64,000 bases of DNA, from NCBI GenBank assembly GCA_964016885.1, contig OZ024741.1:168206001-168270000 (forward strand), in the 5' to 3' direction. A program made the translations under genes and the position numbers. Origin of the DNA: Eledone cirrhosa. Its lineage: Eukaryota. The notes beneath the pieces were generated by a model. That model saw nothing but the letters and a program-made list of their open reading frames with translations, had not been told where the DNA came from and made no database searches. Shown in pieces: positions 25,411-38,704 of the stretch; position 1 is the stretch's first letter; every line of letters starts with the position of its first letter.

Positions 25411-26779
25411 GAAGTTCTATATGACGCCCAGTCACATTTTATTAGCCAGAGAGGAAATTTCAATTTCATATTTTACTGTTAAGTCAGAAAGGTAAAGGCA
25501 GTGTCTGTGGTCCTTTCTAAGGGTTTCAAGAGTGTTGGGAGAAGCAGAAAAGTATGTTGAAACCAGTGACTAGGCCTGAATATCTACAACAATGTGGATT
25601 CCACTAAAAACACCCAAGACCCAGATGATGGATTATGTCTACGGCCTAAGGATCAGATGGTGGTGTTAAACTGGGCGACAGATTAAGTCTACCACACCCA
25701 ATAAATCAGAAATCAAAAAACTAGATATTCCTAATGATTTCATATGAAACACTTCTAGTCCTGTAGAAGTTGTTTCTATATAACAAAGATACATGTATGT
25801 AAGGTAGCCGTAACTCTATGCTATGAAGCATGGTATCTGATGCTCTACCGATACTGCCAATCCACTGCCCTTAATAATGGAAATGATAATAATAATAGTA
25901 ATGTTAATGATTTTGTTTATTGGCCATATGGGCCCATGACATTATACAGGAGAAAAAGCTATACAGATTTGGGTTTACATTGCGTAAAGGAAAGTGAACA
26001 TCAACAAATGGAAAACAATAGATATAACTGACAATAATAATTTCTATTCATATGAATAGGTTAGCAGCAATAGAAAATTGTTCATAAACTTTTGAAAATA
26101 TCGCCCATAATTGCATCTGTGCCTGCATCAAGAAATTTGCACATGATTTGTTTTCAATTTCATTTAGTTATTGGTGCTGCTATTATGGTTGCATTAATTC
26201 AATTCTATTAAATACAGTGACAAAACATTTTTTAATCAGCATTGGACAGACTGATGCGATTAAATAGTGATCTGAAAAAAAAAAAAAAAAAAAAAAAGAA
26301 TGCCACATTGATTCTTTGCATTTTTAACCCATTTATTACCATATTTCCAATGAAAGACACCAACCAATGATTTTCAATTCAGTTGGTGTTTGGAACATAA
26401 CTTAACAAGGGTTCTTACATAAAATTATGATTAACATAAAAGTTTTAAACAAAGAGTTTTGTATTGTAGAACTAGGGGTAGATTCAGGCAGTTTATTTCC
26501 AAAAAGTTAACACTTTTGTTACTGCATTTCTAATGAAATACACTCCCTTTGTGTATCAATTAATTTTAAAAATTTGAAGAATGTAATAGGGCACTGAACC
26601 TTTTTATTAGTAAACTGAAATTTGAAGCATAATTATTATTATCATTATTATTCATATTCATTTAATGCACTGGATAATTGCTGGCCTTGTGCCTAAAGTA
26701 GAAACAATTATTATTCATATTCATTTACACAGTGATGATCTTATTAACACTGGGTCATTTAATTGACTCTCCATCAAGT

Positions 26780-28400
26780 TATGTAACCTCAGAGAGACAG
26801 TACATTCTGCAGGATATTTGCTGTTCCCAAAAGTGTTGTTTTCTGCAATGTTGTAATGTTGGGGCTGATTTCAATTCTATCAAGGTTTTGCAGGAGGTTT
26901 TATTTCACTGACCCAAGTGCTCCAATCATATTCCTCATTCTCTCAGCATCTGTTCTTAAGTCTGCATACTGTACAATTGTCTTGTTTTCTTTACCATTGA
27001 TGTAATCTCTCCTGGGTAAGCAACATTGATCAACAAACATCTCTTTCAGTACCTTTCTCCATCAAAATTATGTTTGGTTTTGTACTTTTAAGTTCTCTAT
27101 CTGTCTGGGTTGTAAAGTCTTGAAAGAGTTTCACAGTTAGATTTTCTAGGATCAGTCTGTGCTGATACTATTTCTCATTGGTTGCAAACATATATTTCTT
27201 CCATAAAGACTAATGGAGGTGTCAGTACTCTTTATCGTGACACCTTTTATATTCCGTCTGTGCAAGGCTGCCACAGGCACCCACGATAGGTGTCACACTT
27301 TCCACCTTCTTCCCATATAATCTACACTTATCTGTTTCATTTGGATTATACATATTCCTTATCATGTTTGTGTTTAGTACTTGATCTTGAGCAGCTGTTA
27401 ATGAACTTTATCTCTCTCTTAGATCACTTTTTGTCAACCAATTTTATGAAGAATCTACTTTTACTTCCTTTATTTCTTTTTCATATTTACCATGTAATAC
27501 CATACTCTCCCCTGTGCTCAGTTTCTCAGCTGGCAGCCTCTGTTTGTAATAATTTTACTTTCAATGATTTCAATGCATAGGCCTCTGCTTTTGGCAGTTT
27601 ACCTTAAAAGTTCTTCTTTACTACTGGCCAAATATGAGCTTTTGGTCCTATGCAATCTTTCAAACTTACAAGTCCTCAACCTCTTACATTCTGTGATGTA
27701 CATAACCTGATGAAATTTTCCTTTGGGTGCAATGCACCATTGTCAACCATTTTGTTACATGTTAGCTTATCTAACTTCTCTATTTCTTTTTTAGTCCAAT
27801 TCAAAATAGCCACACTATGTCTAATAACTGGCACAGCCAAGACAATGATAGCAGTAATTAACTTCTAATTCCATTTCATTTTCAGTAGCATCCTAATCTA
27901 TTTAGATAGACTTCCTTCACATTTCTTTTCATCCTCTCATTTAGAAATTTAGAAATTTGTCAAGTTCCAAAATGCAGTGAAATTTTTACCCACTAATCTC
28001 AGGATCAACAATTGATTCTCCATTAGGTAACTAAATCCATTTACTATGTACATGCTTAACTCATATGTACATGCTTACCTCATGCCTACTTCTCTTCATA
28101 GTCAGGGTGGCACACTTTATGATACCAATCTCCATCTCAATGTCCCTGCAACACCAGTGGACAGTTTTGACTAGTGAGTCAACCTGAGATTCATTCCTGC
28201 CAAAGAGCTTCAGATCATCCATCAAAAGTAGATGACTGATCTTATGTCCTCTGTTTCCTATCTAATAGCCAATATCTGTATCCCATAAAACTACTGGTAA
28301 GGGAATCATGGCAATCAAAAAAGCAATGATGAGAAGGAATCTTCTTGAAATATTCCTCTTCTTATATTGACCACCCCTAGATGTTTATTTTCTGCATACA
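26780..28400 (-). mobile_element. Decayed R4/Dong-like non-LTR retrotransposon (RT plus RLE)
   Basis: Minus strand GIFQEDSFSSLLF, ISHLLLMDDLKLFG, KPNII and LQKTTLLGTANILQ. Confidence 0.8.
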
Positions 28401-28439
28401 GGTTTGTCTTATTATTTTTATTATATGGAGTATGTGTCA

Positions 28440-28900
28440 TACAGCCCGACTATGTTTCTCCTCCACTCTTCCTAGTTTAAACCAAGTGCTCTGAGTTCAT
28501 GAACCTTTTTGTTCATAATGTCCTCTATAAGTTTGATGTAGCTATTTCTTGGGCAGCCTTACCTGTTCTTGCCAATCTCTGGATGGTAGAGAGCAAATCA
28601 TGATACTGGGCTGTTATTTGCTCTTGACCAATGTCCTAAAGTTCTTAGCTGTTGTATATAGTGATTCTTGATCAGTTGCTGCCTGTTGACTATTTGTAAA
28701 ATATTTTCATTTTTGATGGGGTCAGTTTGTTTAATACAGAGAATGTAGCAGGTGGCACTAAAAGAGTTCGGCATTGACTCCCATTCATTTCATCATTGTA
28801 CTGAATGATAGCTTGAAAAATCCAGTGTCCAGCCTGCAGACACATAGATTAGATACTCCCAGACTTGGATTTTTCAGATGACATTGCTTGGTTAGACTTT
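28440..28900 (-). mobile_element. Decayed LINE C-terminal fragment
   Basis: Resembles the C-terminal region of the LINE at 57050-59310 (degenerate ..G.PR.SYIKLIED..WR). Confidence 0.4.
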
Positions 28901-29302
28901 TCTGTAGAAAAAGCTCTGTTTGAAGAATTAGTAAACAAAAATTTGTGAAATAAAATTATGATGAAAGGTTTTAATAAAAGTATGAACCTTTAAAAATGAG
29001 TAAATCTGTAGCATAAACCAGGACAATTTCATGTGGTACAGTATCAAAAGGGTTGAGTAGAATGACAAAAACTTTTTTCTTCTTTGTTAGCACTGGATAG
29101 ACTGAATCTAATGGTTTTAAATAATTTAAATAATGGTTTCTAATTTTGGCATAGGGCCAGCAAATTGTTTAGGGGAGTGGGGCTCAATTATATTGACTCC
29201 CTTATTTGACTGATACTAATTCTATCAGTCTCAGAAGAATGAAAGAAAAAACTGCCTTTGGTGGGATTTGAACTTAAACCATAAAAAGCCAGATCAAATA
29301 AT

Positions 29303-29485
29303 TGTTTCTACTTTAGGCACAAGGCCAGCAATTACCCAGTGCATTACTGGTACTTTATTTTATCGACCCCGTAAGGATGAAAGGCAAAGTCAACCTCGGC
29401 AGGATTTGAACTCAGATCGTAAAGGGACGTAACTATGCTTGAAAGCATGGCGTCCGAGCCTCTACCGATACTGCCAATCCACCGA
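29303..29485 (-). mobile_element. SINE family N with TSD, nested in an older SINE copy
   Basis: TSD aaaagccagatcaaataat on both sides. Confidence 0.88.
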
Positions 29486-30036
29486 TAAAAGCCAGATCAA
29501 ATAATGCCAAGGATTTGTCCAATGCTCTAACGACTCTGCCAATCAACATCCCTAAATAATTTAAATAATGATTATCAGAAAAAACAAAAAAACAAAAATG
29601 CCATATCGATTCTTTGCACTTTTAATCAAACCAAAAATATGTATGAATCTCTTGGTGACCAAACAGTAGTTTGGTAATTGGAATTTCCTATGCTGCATAA
29701 ATCAGAAACTACTGATCCATTATTGGCAAACATTCTCTGGACTTCATAAATTAAACGGCTTGGCATATTTGACTTTCAGAGGAATGGAATTTTACACTTC
29801 ATGCATATTTAGCTTTGGACAGCAGATGTGTTTATTCTTTTACTGATTTTAATCCTTAGATTATAGCCATGCTGGAGCATCACCTTGTACTTTTTGTTGT
29901 TGCCTTTCAAGACTGGTAAATATTTTATCAATGTCTTGTTTGTCAAACTGGTAAGTTACTGGACATTAGTACAGACACACATTCAAACATAAACATAGAC
30001 ATGGACACTCACACGTACATCCATATATACATACAT

Positions 30037-30400
30037 CTTCTTCCTTTTCTTCTTCACCCACTTAATCCTGAAAGGGTCGTGAGGGCAGAATCCTCAAACA
30101 CTCCTTCCAGTGGGTTCTGTCAGAAGCAACCATCTCCAACTGATCTGGCTGGATCCCCAAGCAAGACCAACCAAGCTCATGGACGTTATCCAACCATCTT
30201 GCTCAGAGTCTACCCCTAGGTCTCCTGCCAGTTGGTTTTGCCCATATAATCTGTCCAGCGATTCTTTCCTGAGACATCATAACCACATGCCTATAGTATC
30301 ATAGCTATGATCTCTCAAATTAGAAAAGTAGCAGCTTTACATGGAGTGATTCTCTGATCTCTGAGCTACACATTCTATTGTGCAACATTACTCCAAAGAT
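30037..30400 (-). mobile_element. 3' end of a second LINE family with an (AGA)n tail
   Basis: Reverse complement RIAGQIIWAKPTGRRPRGR..WL; homologous to 40190-40352. Confidence 0.7.
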
Positions 30401-30596
30401 CTAAATGTAAATAAATGAACTAATGTGGAAAATGGATGAAAAATGGTGATGAGGATGATCCAGTTGACTTGAAATATTGAAAAAATATTTAATTTGAAAT
30501 GTAATTGACCCATTGTAAATAATTCTGATAATCAATTACTATAAATAAAACTTGAGAAAAATCAGGTAAAATACCCCCTGGAAATAGAAAAGAATG

Positions 30597-30676
30597 GACT
30601 GAAGCACTTGCAAGGAATAGAACCCCAAATCTCTCAGCTGCTGGTCAAGTTCATTAACCATTTCACTAAGTGGCCC
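30597..30676 (-). other. tRNA-like segment (pseudo-tRNA or repeat head)
   Basis: Reverse complement gggccacttagtgaaatggttaa..ggggttctattcctt has A- and B-box-like motifs; poor acceptor stem. Confidence 0.5.
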
Positions 30677-30799
30677 CACTGAGTGATATTATAGTCTTTA
30701 ATGTTGTGAAGACAATATCAGAAACTTCAGACCTTACCAATATTTCTTAAGTCTATTTGATGTGCACACCTAGTTACATATATATATATATATATATAC

Positions 30800-31270
30800 A
30801 CACCTCTCCAAGACAATGTCACTGGACCGAGATCTTTGGCGCTACACAGTAATAGAGAAGACCCGCCTTACCTAAGTACAAAGTAAAACCTACTACAGTC
30901 AGTAGGCACCTCTAACAAAATACACACCCGTCCCACTACCCCCACCCCATCCACACCACCCCTTTCAATGTAAAGTTATGTTGGTACCACAACATCCAGC
31001 CCGGAACAAATGAGGTCGTGTAGGTGTCACGACAAAAAAAAACACAGTCCACGCTGTAATGTGGCCGTGTAGGTAACACGGTAAAAACCTCCCAGTCCAC
31101 GCTGTAAACGTGGTTGGTGTTAGGAAGGGCATCCAGCCGTGGAAAACCCGCCAGACAGTCCTATGCGAGCGAGACAACCACTCTTGCCTCAAGTGGGAAA
31201 ACTCCCGTCCAAACCCATGCAAGCGTGGAAGATGGACGTTAAACAATGATGATGATGATGATGATGATGA
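30800..31270 (+). mobile_element. 5'-truncated RTE LINE, subfamily 2
   Basis: Nearly identical to 50880-51345; (GAT)n tail. Confidence 0.92.
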
Positions 31271-32062
31271 TATATATAAGAGTTGGGAGGACTCTTTAGT
31301 TATGTCAAGGACATGACAACAGCCCTAGTGCTGGTGACATACATGTTAAAAACACCATACTGTAAAGTGTTTGGTGTTTGGAAGGGCATCTAGTCATGCC
31401 AAACAATATGTTGAGAAGAAAAGACCATCCAGTTGTTTCAAAGACATGACAACCTCTTTAGTGTTGGTTCCATGATAATAGGCATTTGGTAGAATGTGGC
31501 ATTCTATGTAAACGAGATGCAAACCCCTAGCCTGTCTGGAAGGTCAGTGGCCACACTTCAGTATAGATTCTGTCAATGAAGACCTGTCCAATCCTTGGTA
31601 GCAGGAAAAGTGTATGTTAAATGATGATGGAGGCATATATCTAATAGCCAACATTTTCCTTTACCTTCTCCCTCCCATACACCTCCCTTTGCGGTAACAA
31701 TCCCTCCCCTATTACCTATGTCTATAATTTCCCCAAGCTTTCTCCCCTCCCTCCCTAGTTCCAAGACAAAAGCGCCCCAGCCCACACTGTAAAGTGGTTG
31801 TGTCAGCGACACGACAAAAAGTACCCAGTCCACATTGTAATGTAGTCATGTTGGTGACATGATAAAAAGCACCCAGCACACACTGTAAATGTGGTTGGTG
31901 TTAGGAAGGGCATTCAGCTGTAAAAACCAGACCTAAATCAGCCCAGAGTGAGCCAAACATGGTCCTCTGACCTGATTCTCTCCATAAGGACCAACCCGTC
32001 CTACCCATGCAAGCATGGAAGATGGATGCTAAATGATAATGATGATATGTATATATATCATT

Positions 32063-32650
32063 CATGCTCTCTTCCTTGTGAGGCAGTTACAGGAAAATTA
32101 CGTAGCTAAAAATAAGCCGCTCTACCTGGCGTTTGTGGATCTGGAAAAAGCCTTTGACAGAGTGTCTCATAATCTGGTGAGCTCTTAGAAAACTAGGAGG
32201 AGATGAATGGCTTGTGAAGGCTGTACAAGCCATGTATAGGGGAGCAGTCAGCAAAGTTGGGGTTAACAATGACTATAGCGAGGAATTTATCTTAGTGGTT
32301 GGTGTTCATCAGGGCTCTGTTCTTAGCCTTCTCCTGTTCATTATTATAATGCAAGCTGGGTGGTGGATTGGCAGTATCGGTAGAGGGTCGGACGCCATGC
32401 TTTGATGCATAGAGTTACGGCCCTTGCCATTCTGAGTTCAAATCCCGCCGAGGTTAACTTTGCCTTTCATCCTTACGGGGGGTCGATAACATAATGTACC
32501 AGTAATGCACTGGGATAATTGCTGGCCTTGTGCCAAAAGTAGAAACAATTATTATAATGCAAGCTATAACTGAGAAGTTTAGGACCAGATGCCCATGGGA
32601 ATTTCTGTACACAGATGATTTTACACTTATAGCTGAATCTATCAGTTATA
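32063..32650 (+). mobile_element. Internal RTE RT fragment interrupted by a family-N SINE (about 32358-32548)
   Basis: LAFVDLEKAFDRV..GVHQGSVLS; TSD attattataatgcaagct; RT resumes with CPWEFLYTDD. Confidence 0.88.
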
Positions 32651-33659
32651 TACCAAATAACATAAATATAAAAATGAAAAATAAAATAAACTGAGAGAAA
32701 ATTATATACTTGAGAGGTAATAAAAGATTGGAATAACACTTGGGTGAAAACAAAGAAGGACAGGGAAGCTTAAAAGAAACATATAACAAAAATAAATAAA
32801 TAAAAAAAAATATGGAGCAGGTTTTAGATGGGTGTGGTTAGAAGCGGTCAGTGTCACAGCTGATTGGTTAAGTATTCTAGTTCATTTTGGCCAGTCCTGG
32901 CATATTATGTTCATCCTTTGGTGTTGTTTATTTATGGTACTGTTGAAAACGGTAATAGAAAGATAAGAAGACTTCATATGTGTGATAAGGCTAGTTAATG
33001 TTCTTTATGGCATCATAGTTTCAACCATTAGAAGTCTGGGTGATGTAGAATATTTATATATAAACTGTGAGGATGGTGGATCGAATCACGACTATGGCGG
33101 TTTGTAGTTTATGAATGTGTTAGAACATCTATGTCAACAAAATATTGTGTGCTTTATCTTTATTTATTACATTATAAAATATTTAGTAATTCCATATTAC
33201 ATAATCGGCATTGATCTGTCCTGTGTGAGTGAGTCTTGGCCGTAGGGAATTTAGACCAAAATATTTGGTATTCCTGTTCGTTATCCACAAGTTGGCAGAT
33301 TTACTGGCCTAGTTGTTGTGTTCCTAAATTTGTGGTTTTTCTTGAGTTTCTAGGCACATACCAGCGTTTGCTGAATTCTTTTGTTGTAGAACCTCTATAG
33401 TACCATTCTTGGTCACCTTATTTTATGGCACATAGATAAACTAAACTAGATTCTAGGCATTTGTTTTGCAGGAGACATCTATTTGGAAGCTATTTCAAGA
33501 CATAATTAATTGCATATTAAACGATGAAACATGTGTTAATGTTTGGAATAAAACCCTATTATATTGCTTATCCATGTTAATCATCCTTTTACCAGTTTTA
33601 CTACTCCAAGAACTACTAACCACGGAACTTTCAGGAAAACCCTCTAAAAAAACCTAACT

Positions 33660-36090
33660 AAGTAAGCACGTTACAATATTCCTCAATACAGATTACTTGT
33701 AAGCTGAGCTTAGATAACCTTAAACGATATCTCGTTTACTTTGATATTTATAGATATATATACTTTATAAACAACAATCAGAAGAGTGTTTTAGAACATT
33801 CAATCACTTACGATCGTTTCATCCTAGCACAAGGCTGAAATAATCGGAATATATAGTAAAATTTAATATACAAATATATGGTTGTAATAGTGTTGGTTGG
33901 TTGGCTGGCTGGTTGGAATGGTGGTGGTGGTGGTTGGTTGGTTGGAATGGTGGTGGTGGGGATGATGGTGATGGTGGTGTTTGTGATAGTGTTGGTTGGA
34001 ATGGTCCCACCCTTGCAAGAAGGGAAAAGCGAATGTAAAATGATGATGATGATGAATATCAGAAGTTGGTTAAAAGAATATTTTGAGGATACATAATATG
34101 GGAAGTAAGCATAAGTATTAACATTCATATAAGAGAAGATAGCAAAGGTAGAAGAAGCTTATGAAAAATATGAGCATATAAATGCAAAAAATGAAATTAG
34201 GAGCAGCTAAAAGCATTAAAAAATTTTAAAACATGCTGGTATAGAGAAACATTGCTATTAAGAAGTTAAGTATAGTGCAAGGCATTAGATAACAATTCAC
34301 AACCAGTTGATATGCTTAGCAATATTGTAGCTAATAATTTTTGTAACCACTCTCATAACATTAATTTCTAGGACTTATAGGAATAATAATAGCAATTATA
34401 GTACTCATATATCTAATAACTCTTCACATCTTTATCCTCAAAACCGCTTAATCAATAGCTATAATTGTAATTGTAGGCCTAATAAAGTATGCCCTCTTAA
34501 TGGAAACTGCCTTGTTAAGAATATTATTTATTCCTGCATTGTCATAACTTCCACCAACTCCAAAACCTATATTGGTTCTACATCGAATAGTTTCAAGACA
34601 AGGTATAATTCCCATCTTCATACTTTTAAGAACTCTAAGCTTAAGCACGCAATCTCTTTATCTAATTTCATATCATTTCTGAAGACTAATAATATACCTT
34701 ACACCCTGACCTGGAATGTGATTGCAAAAACTTCATCTAAATCCCCCAATAAATTCCGTAACCTTTGCCTTTTTGAGTCCCATACTATTATTTATTCTAA
34801 ATTAAATTTATTAAATAGGAGGTCTGAGATTTTTTTCACTTGTTTTCATATTAATCACCATTCGTTTTACTATTTTAAACCTAGTAACTAACTTATACCA
34901 ATGTAGATTTATCTATATATATTTTTTTTTAGTAATATTAGTATCATTACATGCTTATAACATCACTATTCTGATCCCTTCAATTTTGATTACAATTTAT
35001 TATAACCACCCCATCACATTTAGGCATCTAATCATTTTATTATATTATATTATTTCATTATATTATCTTTAATAAACCCCACTTTCATCTGAATTTATTT
35101 TTACTAATATTATACTATATATTTTTTTCAGTACTATATACGTTTTTCAGTAATATACATTCAATACTTATATAATTTATTAAATATTTCATTAATTAGT
35201 ATACATTTTTTATCTTTAGATAATCTTTTAAACTTATTTATTCTTTTTTATCCTTCAATATTATTTAGAATATGTATATACATGTTTTAATAATACATAG
35301 CATTTTAGTATTCATTGATAAATTATTTTATTTGTATTTTGTAATATATTATTTTTTATATATTTTTTTTAAATAATTTTTAAAATAGGTTTTAGAATTG
35401 CTGGAAGTTATGACAGTCCAGGAGTAAATAATATTCTTAACAAGGCAGTTTCCATTAAGAGGGCATACTTTATTAGGCCTACAATTACAATTATAGCTAT
35501 TGATTAAGCAGTTTTGAGGATAAAGATGTGAATAGTTATTAGATATATGAGTGCTATAATTGCTATTATTATTCCTATAAGTCCTAGAAATTAATGTTAT
35601 GAAAGTGGTTACTAAAGTTATTAGCTACAATATTGCTAAGCATATCAACTGGTTGTGAATTGTTATCTAATGCCTTGCACTATACTTAATTTCTTAATAG
35701 CACGTTTTAAAATTTTTTAATGCTTTTAGCTGCTCCTAATTTCATTTTTTGCATTTATATGCTCATATTTTTCATAAGCTTTTTCTACCTTTGCTATCTT
35801 CTCTTATATGAATGTAATACTTATGCTTTCTTCCCATATTTTGTATCCTCAAAATGTTCTTTTGACAAACTTCTGTTATTATAATTGTGTTTTAACCTTA
35901 ACTATATACTCCGATGGTTTTGGCATTGTGCTAGGATGAAACAATCCTAAGTGATTAAATGTTCTAAAACACTCTTTTATTGTTGTTTATAAAGTATTTC
36001 GGCTCTGTAATATACTTGTTATTTTACATTGAGCTATTCTCATACTTGTAATTGGATAATATTTTATATTACCCACATTTTATATCTATC
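33660..36090 (+). mobile_element. Decayed Penelope-like element with a large inverted partial copy
   Basis: 34463-34890 encodes CNCRPNKVCPLNGNCLVKNIIYSC..YIGSTSNSFKTRYNSH; 35425-36000 is an inverted copy of about 33760-34535. Confidence 0.82.
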
Positions 36091-36100
36091 TATATATATA

Positions 36101-36363
36101 TAGAATGTTTAAGTATCGAGAGTGAGAAAAAAGGAAAGATAAGCGATACATATATTTAGTTGCCAATAGTTTGTGTAAATGTGCTCAATATTCGTGCCTA
36201 CAGGGTTAAATATTAGAAGCGTTAATATTTAGTGGGCGAGAAAATAAGCAGAGCGGTTACAAAAGAAATGAATACAAAGGAGTATATACCGTTAAAACAT
36301 GTTTATATAACATGTTATATAAACATGTTTTAACGGTATATACTCCTTTGTATTCATTTCTTT

Positions 36364-36367
<4 letters not shown>
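36101..36367 (-). mobile_element. Penelope-like terminus with a perfect 110-bp palindrome, between (TA)n tracts
   Basis: Homologous to 9630-9810; 36258-36312 is the exact reverse complement of 36313-36367. Confidence 0.85.
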
Positions 36368-36405
<38 letters not shown>

Positions 36406-36543
36406 AAGGTTAAACAATGTTCAATGAATAAATCAAAGAATGAGTTTTACAATAGATTGGAAGCACTCAACAAGAATGGTTTTCCAGAGTTATTAATATT
36501 AATTCAAAATATTTACAAAAATAGACATACGTGTGATCAAGTA

Positions 36544-36610
36544 TATTTTACTATACATATTTCAGAGGTACTGAGCTATCTTCAACAGTACGTCCTCATC
36601 AGATAAAATA
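36544..36610 (-). ncRNA. Type I hammerhead ribozyme (family A)
   Basis: Reverse complement TATTTTAT-CTGATGA-ggacgtactg..cagtacctct-GAAA-T atgt A-TA-GTAAAATA. Confidence 0.82.
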
Positions 36611-37562
36611 AGACTTAGTAGATGGTTAAGATTCAGTAATGGTAGTGGTTAAGATTCAGTAATGGTAGTGAATAAGATATGACAAAACTCAATATTTATA
36701 TACCTTAAGATTGAGACATGAAAAAATTTACATATAATACAGAGGGTGCATGTGGGAAAGCTTAAAAATACATAATAGTAATTTACATAACTGTTAGAGA
36801 TTCAAATAATTTAAATTATTGAAGAAAGAAGAAAGACAGAGAGAAACAGATGAGGAAAAAATATAATTACTAGAAGTATAGAAAACAAAAGAGAATTGAT
36901 CAAGGATAGAGAGACAAGGAAGAAAAATGTTTATAGTATAAAGCGTTGGATATATACGTTTGGATATATATAGTGTATATAATTAATTGTTAGTATATTT
37001 CTAATTAACTAAGGACTCGAAATTAAACCCTCATATAATTACACCCAGATATATTTAATATTTAGATTGATGGATACTTCTAGATAATTCAAAGATTCGA
37101 GTTTATTCTTTCACAAAGCTATGCCCAAATGTATATTCATGTATTTATATAGATATATATAATTTTGCATCATCTAATCCTACCCTATTTATCCACGACA
37201 ATACAAATCTCCCTCCCTATGCTTTATACTATAAAAACTTTTCTTCCTTGTCTCTCTATCCTTGATCAATTCTCTTTTGTTTTCTATACTTCTAGTAACT
37301 ATATTTTTTCCTCATCTGTTTCTCTCTGTCTTTCTTCTTTCTTTCTTCTTTCTTCAATAATTTAAATTATTTGAATCTCTAACAGTTATGTAAATTACTA
37401 TTATGTATTTTTAAGCTTTCTCACATGCACCCTCTGTATTATATGTAAATTTGTTCATGTCTCAATCTTAAGGTATATAAATATTGAGTTTTGACATATC
37501 TTATTCACTACCATTACTGAATCTTAACCATCTACTAAGTCAGGGTATGTCATGCATCATCT

Positions 37563-37629
37563 TATTTTATCTGATGAGGACGTACTGTTGAAGATAGCTC
37601 AGTACCTCTGAAATATGTATAATAAAATA
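37563..37629 (+). ncRNA. Type I hammerhead ribozyme (family A), intact core
   Basis: Perfect 8-bp stem I TATTTTAT/ATAAAATA, CTGATGA, 10-position stem II, GAAA, minimal stem III; predicted cleavage after A37621. Confidence 0.88.
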
Positions 37630-37731
37630 TACTTGATCACACGAATGACTATTTTTGTTAATATTTTGAATTAATATATATATATATATATATATAAGAA
37701 GAAATTAAAAGATGGTTAGAAACGTTCCATG

Positions 37732-37801
37732 TATTTTATTATGTGCATTTCAAAAACAAATACCATCCAGGGCGATATTTGCGTTCTCATCAGATAAAAT
37801 A
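37732..37801 (-). ncRNA. Type I hammerhead ribozyme (family B) in a short (TA)n-flanked insert at 37696-37860
   Basis: Reverse complement TATTTTAT-CTGATGA-gaacgcaaatatc..ggtatttgttttt-GAAA-T gcac A-TA-ATAAAATA. Confidence 0.8.
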
Positions 37802-38035
37802 GGGAGACAATATATGAAGCTTAAAAAAGACACTGTGAGCAAGGTAGTGTCTAAACAACATATATGTACATATATATATATACATATATATATATTCATA
37901 TATATATATACATATACATATATATACATATATATTCATATATATATATACATATACATATATATACATATATATACATATATATATATATACATATACA
38001 TATACATATATACATATACACATATACATATACAC

Positions 38036-38073
<38 letters not shown>

Positions 38074-38074
38074 A

Positions 38075-38559
38075 AGGCACATGGCTCAGTGGTTAAAGCA
38101 TTGCGCTTGCAATCGAAAGGTTGTGAGTTCAATTCTCAGGCCGAGTGATGTGTTGTTTCCTTGAGCAAGACACTTTATTTCAAATTGTTCCAATTTACTC
38201 AGCTGGAGAAATGAGATGATAGGACTGGGGTCTTTATCATTCCACTGCAAAGTGGTCGTGGAGGTGCCACGGCAAAAATCACCCAGCCCTCACTGTAAAG
38301 TGGACGTGTAGGCGCCACGGAAAAAAAAGCACCCAGCACTCACTGTAAAGTGGACGTGTAGGCGCCACGGAAAAAAAAGCACCCAGCACTCACTGTAAAT
38401 GAGGTTGGTGTTAGGAAGGGCATCCAGCTGTAGAAATCAAGCCAGAATCAGTTCCTGTATGGGCAAGACAAGATAAGCCAACCAGACACTGCCCACAAGA
38501 GGACAACCCGTCTAATCCATGGTAGCGTGGAAGAATGGACGCAAAACGGTGATGATGAT
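38075..38559 (+). mobile_element. Full-length SINE family C with three 3' tandem units
   Basis: tRNA head, CORE-like body, about 48-bp repeats, RTE tail and (GAT)n. Confidence 0.9.
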
Positions 38560-38664
38560 ATATATATATTAATACAATTATATATATATGCAAAAGGAAA
38601 ACAAAAATAACAAAGCAAATGAAGGAATATATTATTAGTTTTATGCTTCATATAGTAGGAAAAA

Positions 38665-38704
38665 ATTCTTAATGTTTTGGACGCTAGTCCTTCATCAGAA
38701 GATA
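38665..38704 (-). ncRNA. Degenerate minimal hammerhead-like motif
   Basis: Reverse complement tctt-CTGATGA-a ggac tagc gtcc-AAAA-catt aaga; the GAAA box is mutated. Confidence 0.35.

Larger units (their letters stand above)
36403..37676. mobile_element. Family-A ORF-less Penelope-like fold-back element with two hammerheads
   Basis: Arms of about 450 bp (about 36495-36945 and 37220-37676) are near-identical inverted copies; (TA)n on both sides. Confidence 0.85.

Noticed and set aside
26236-26300. Minus-strand terminal exon after a poly-T acceptor (SLFNRISLSNAD*)
   Set aside because: The adjacent sequence recurs at about 29598 after another A-run, suggesting a repeat; no partner exon was found.
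38245-38400. About 48-bp repeats as a CRISPR array
   Set aside because: Tandem units without unique spacers, inside a eukaryotic SINE/LINE tail; no cas genes.
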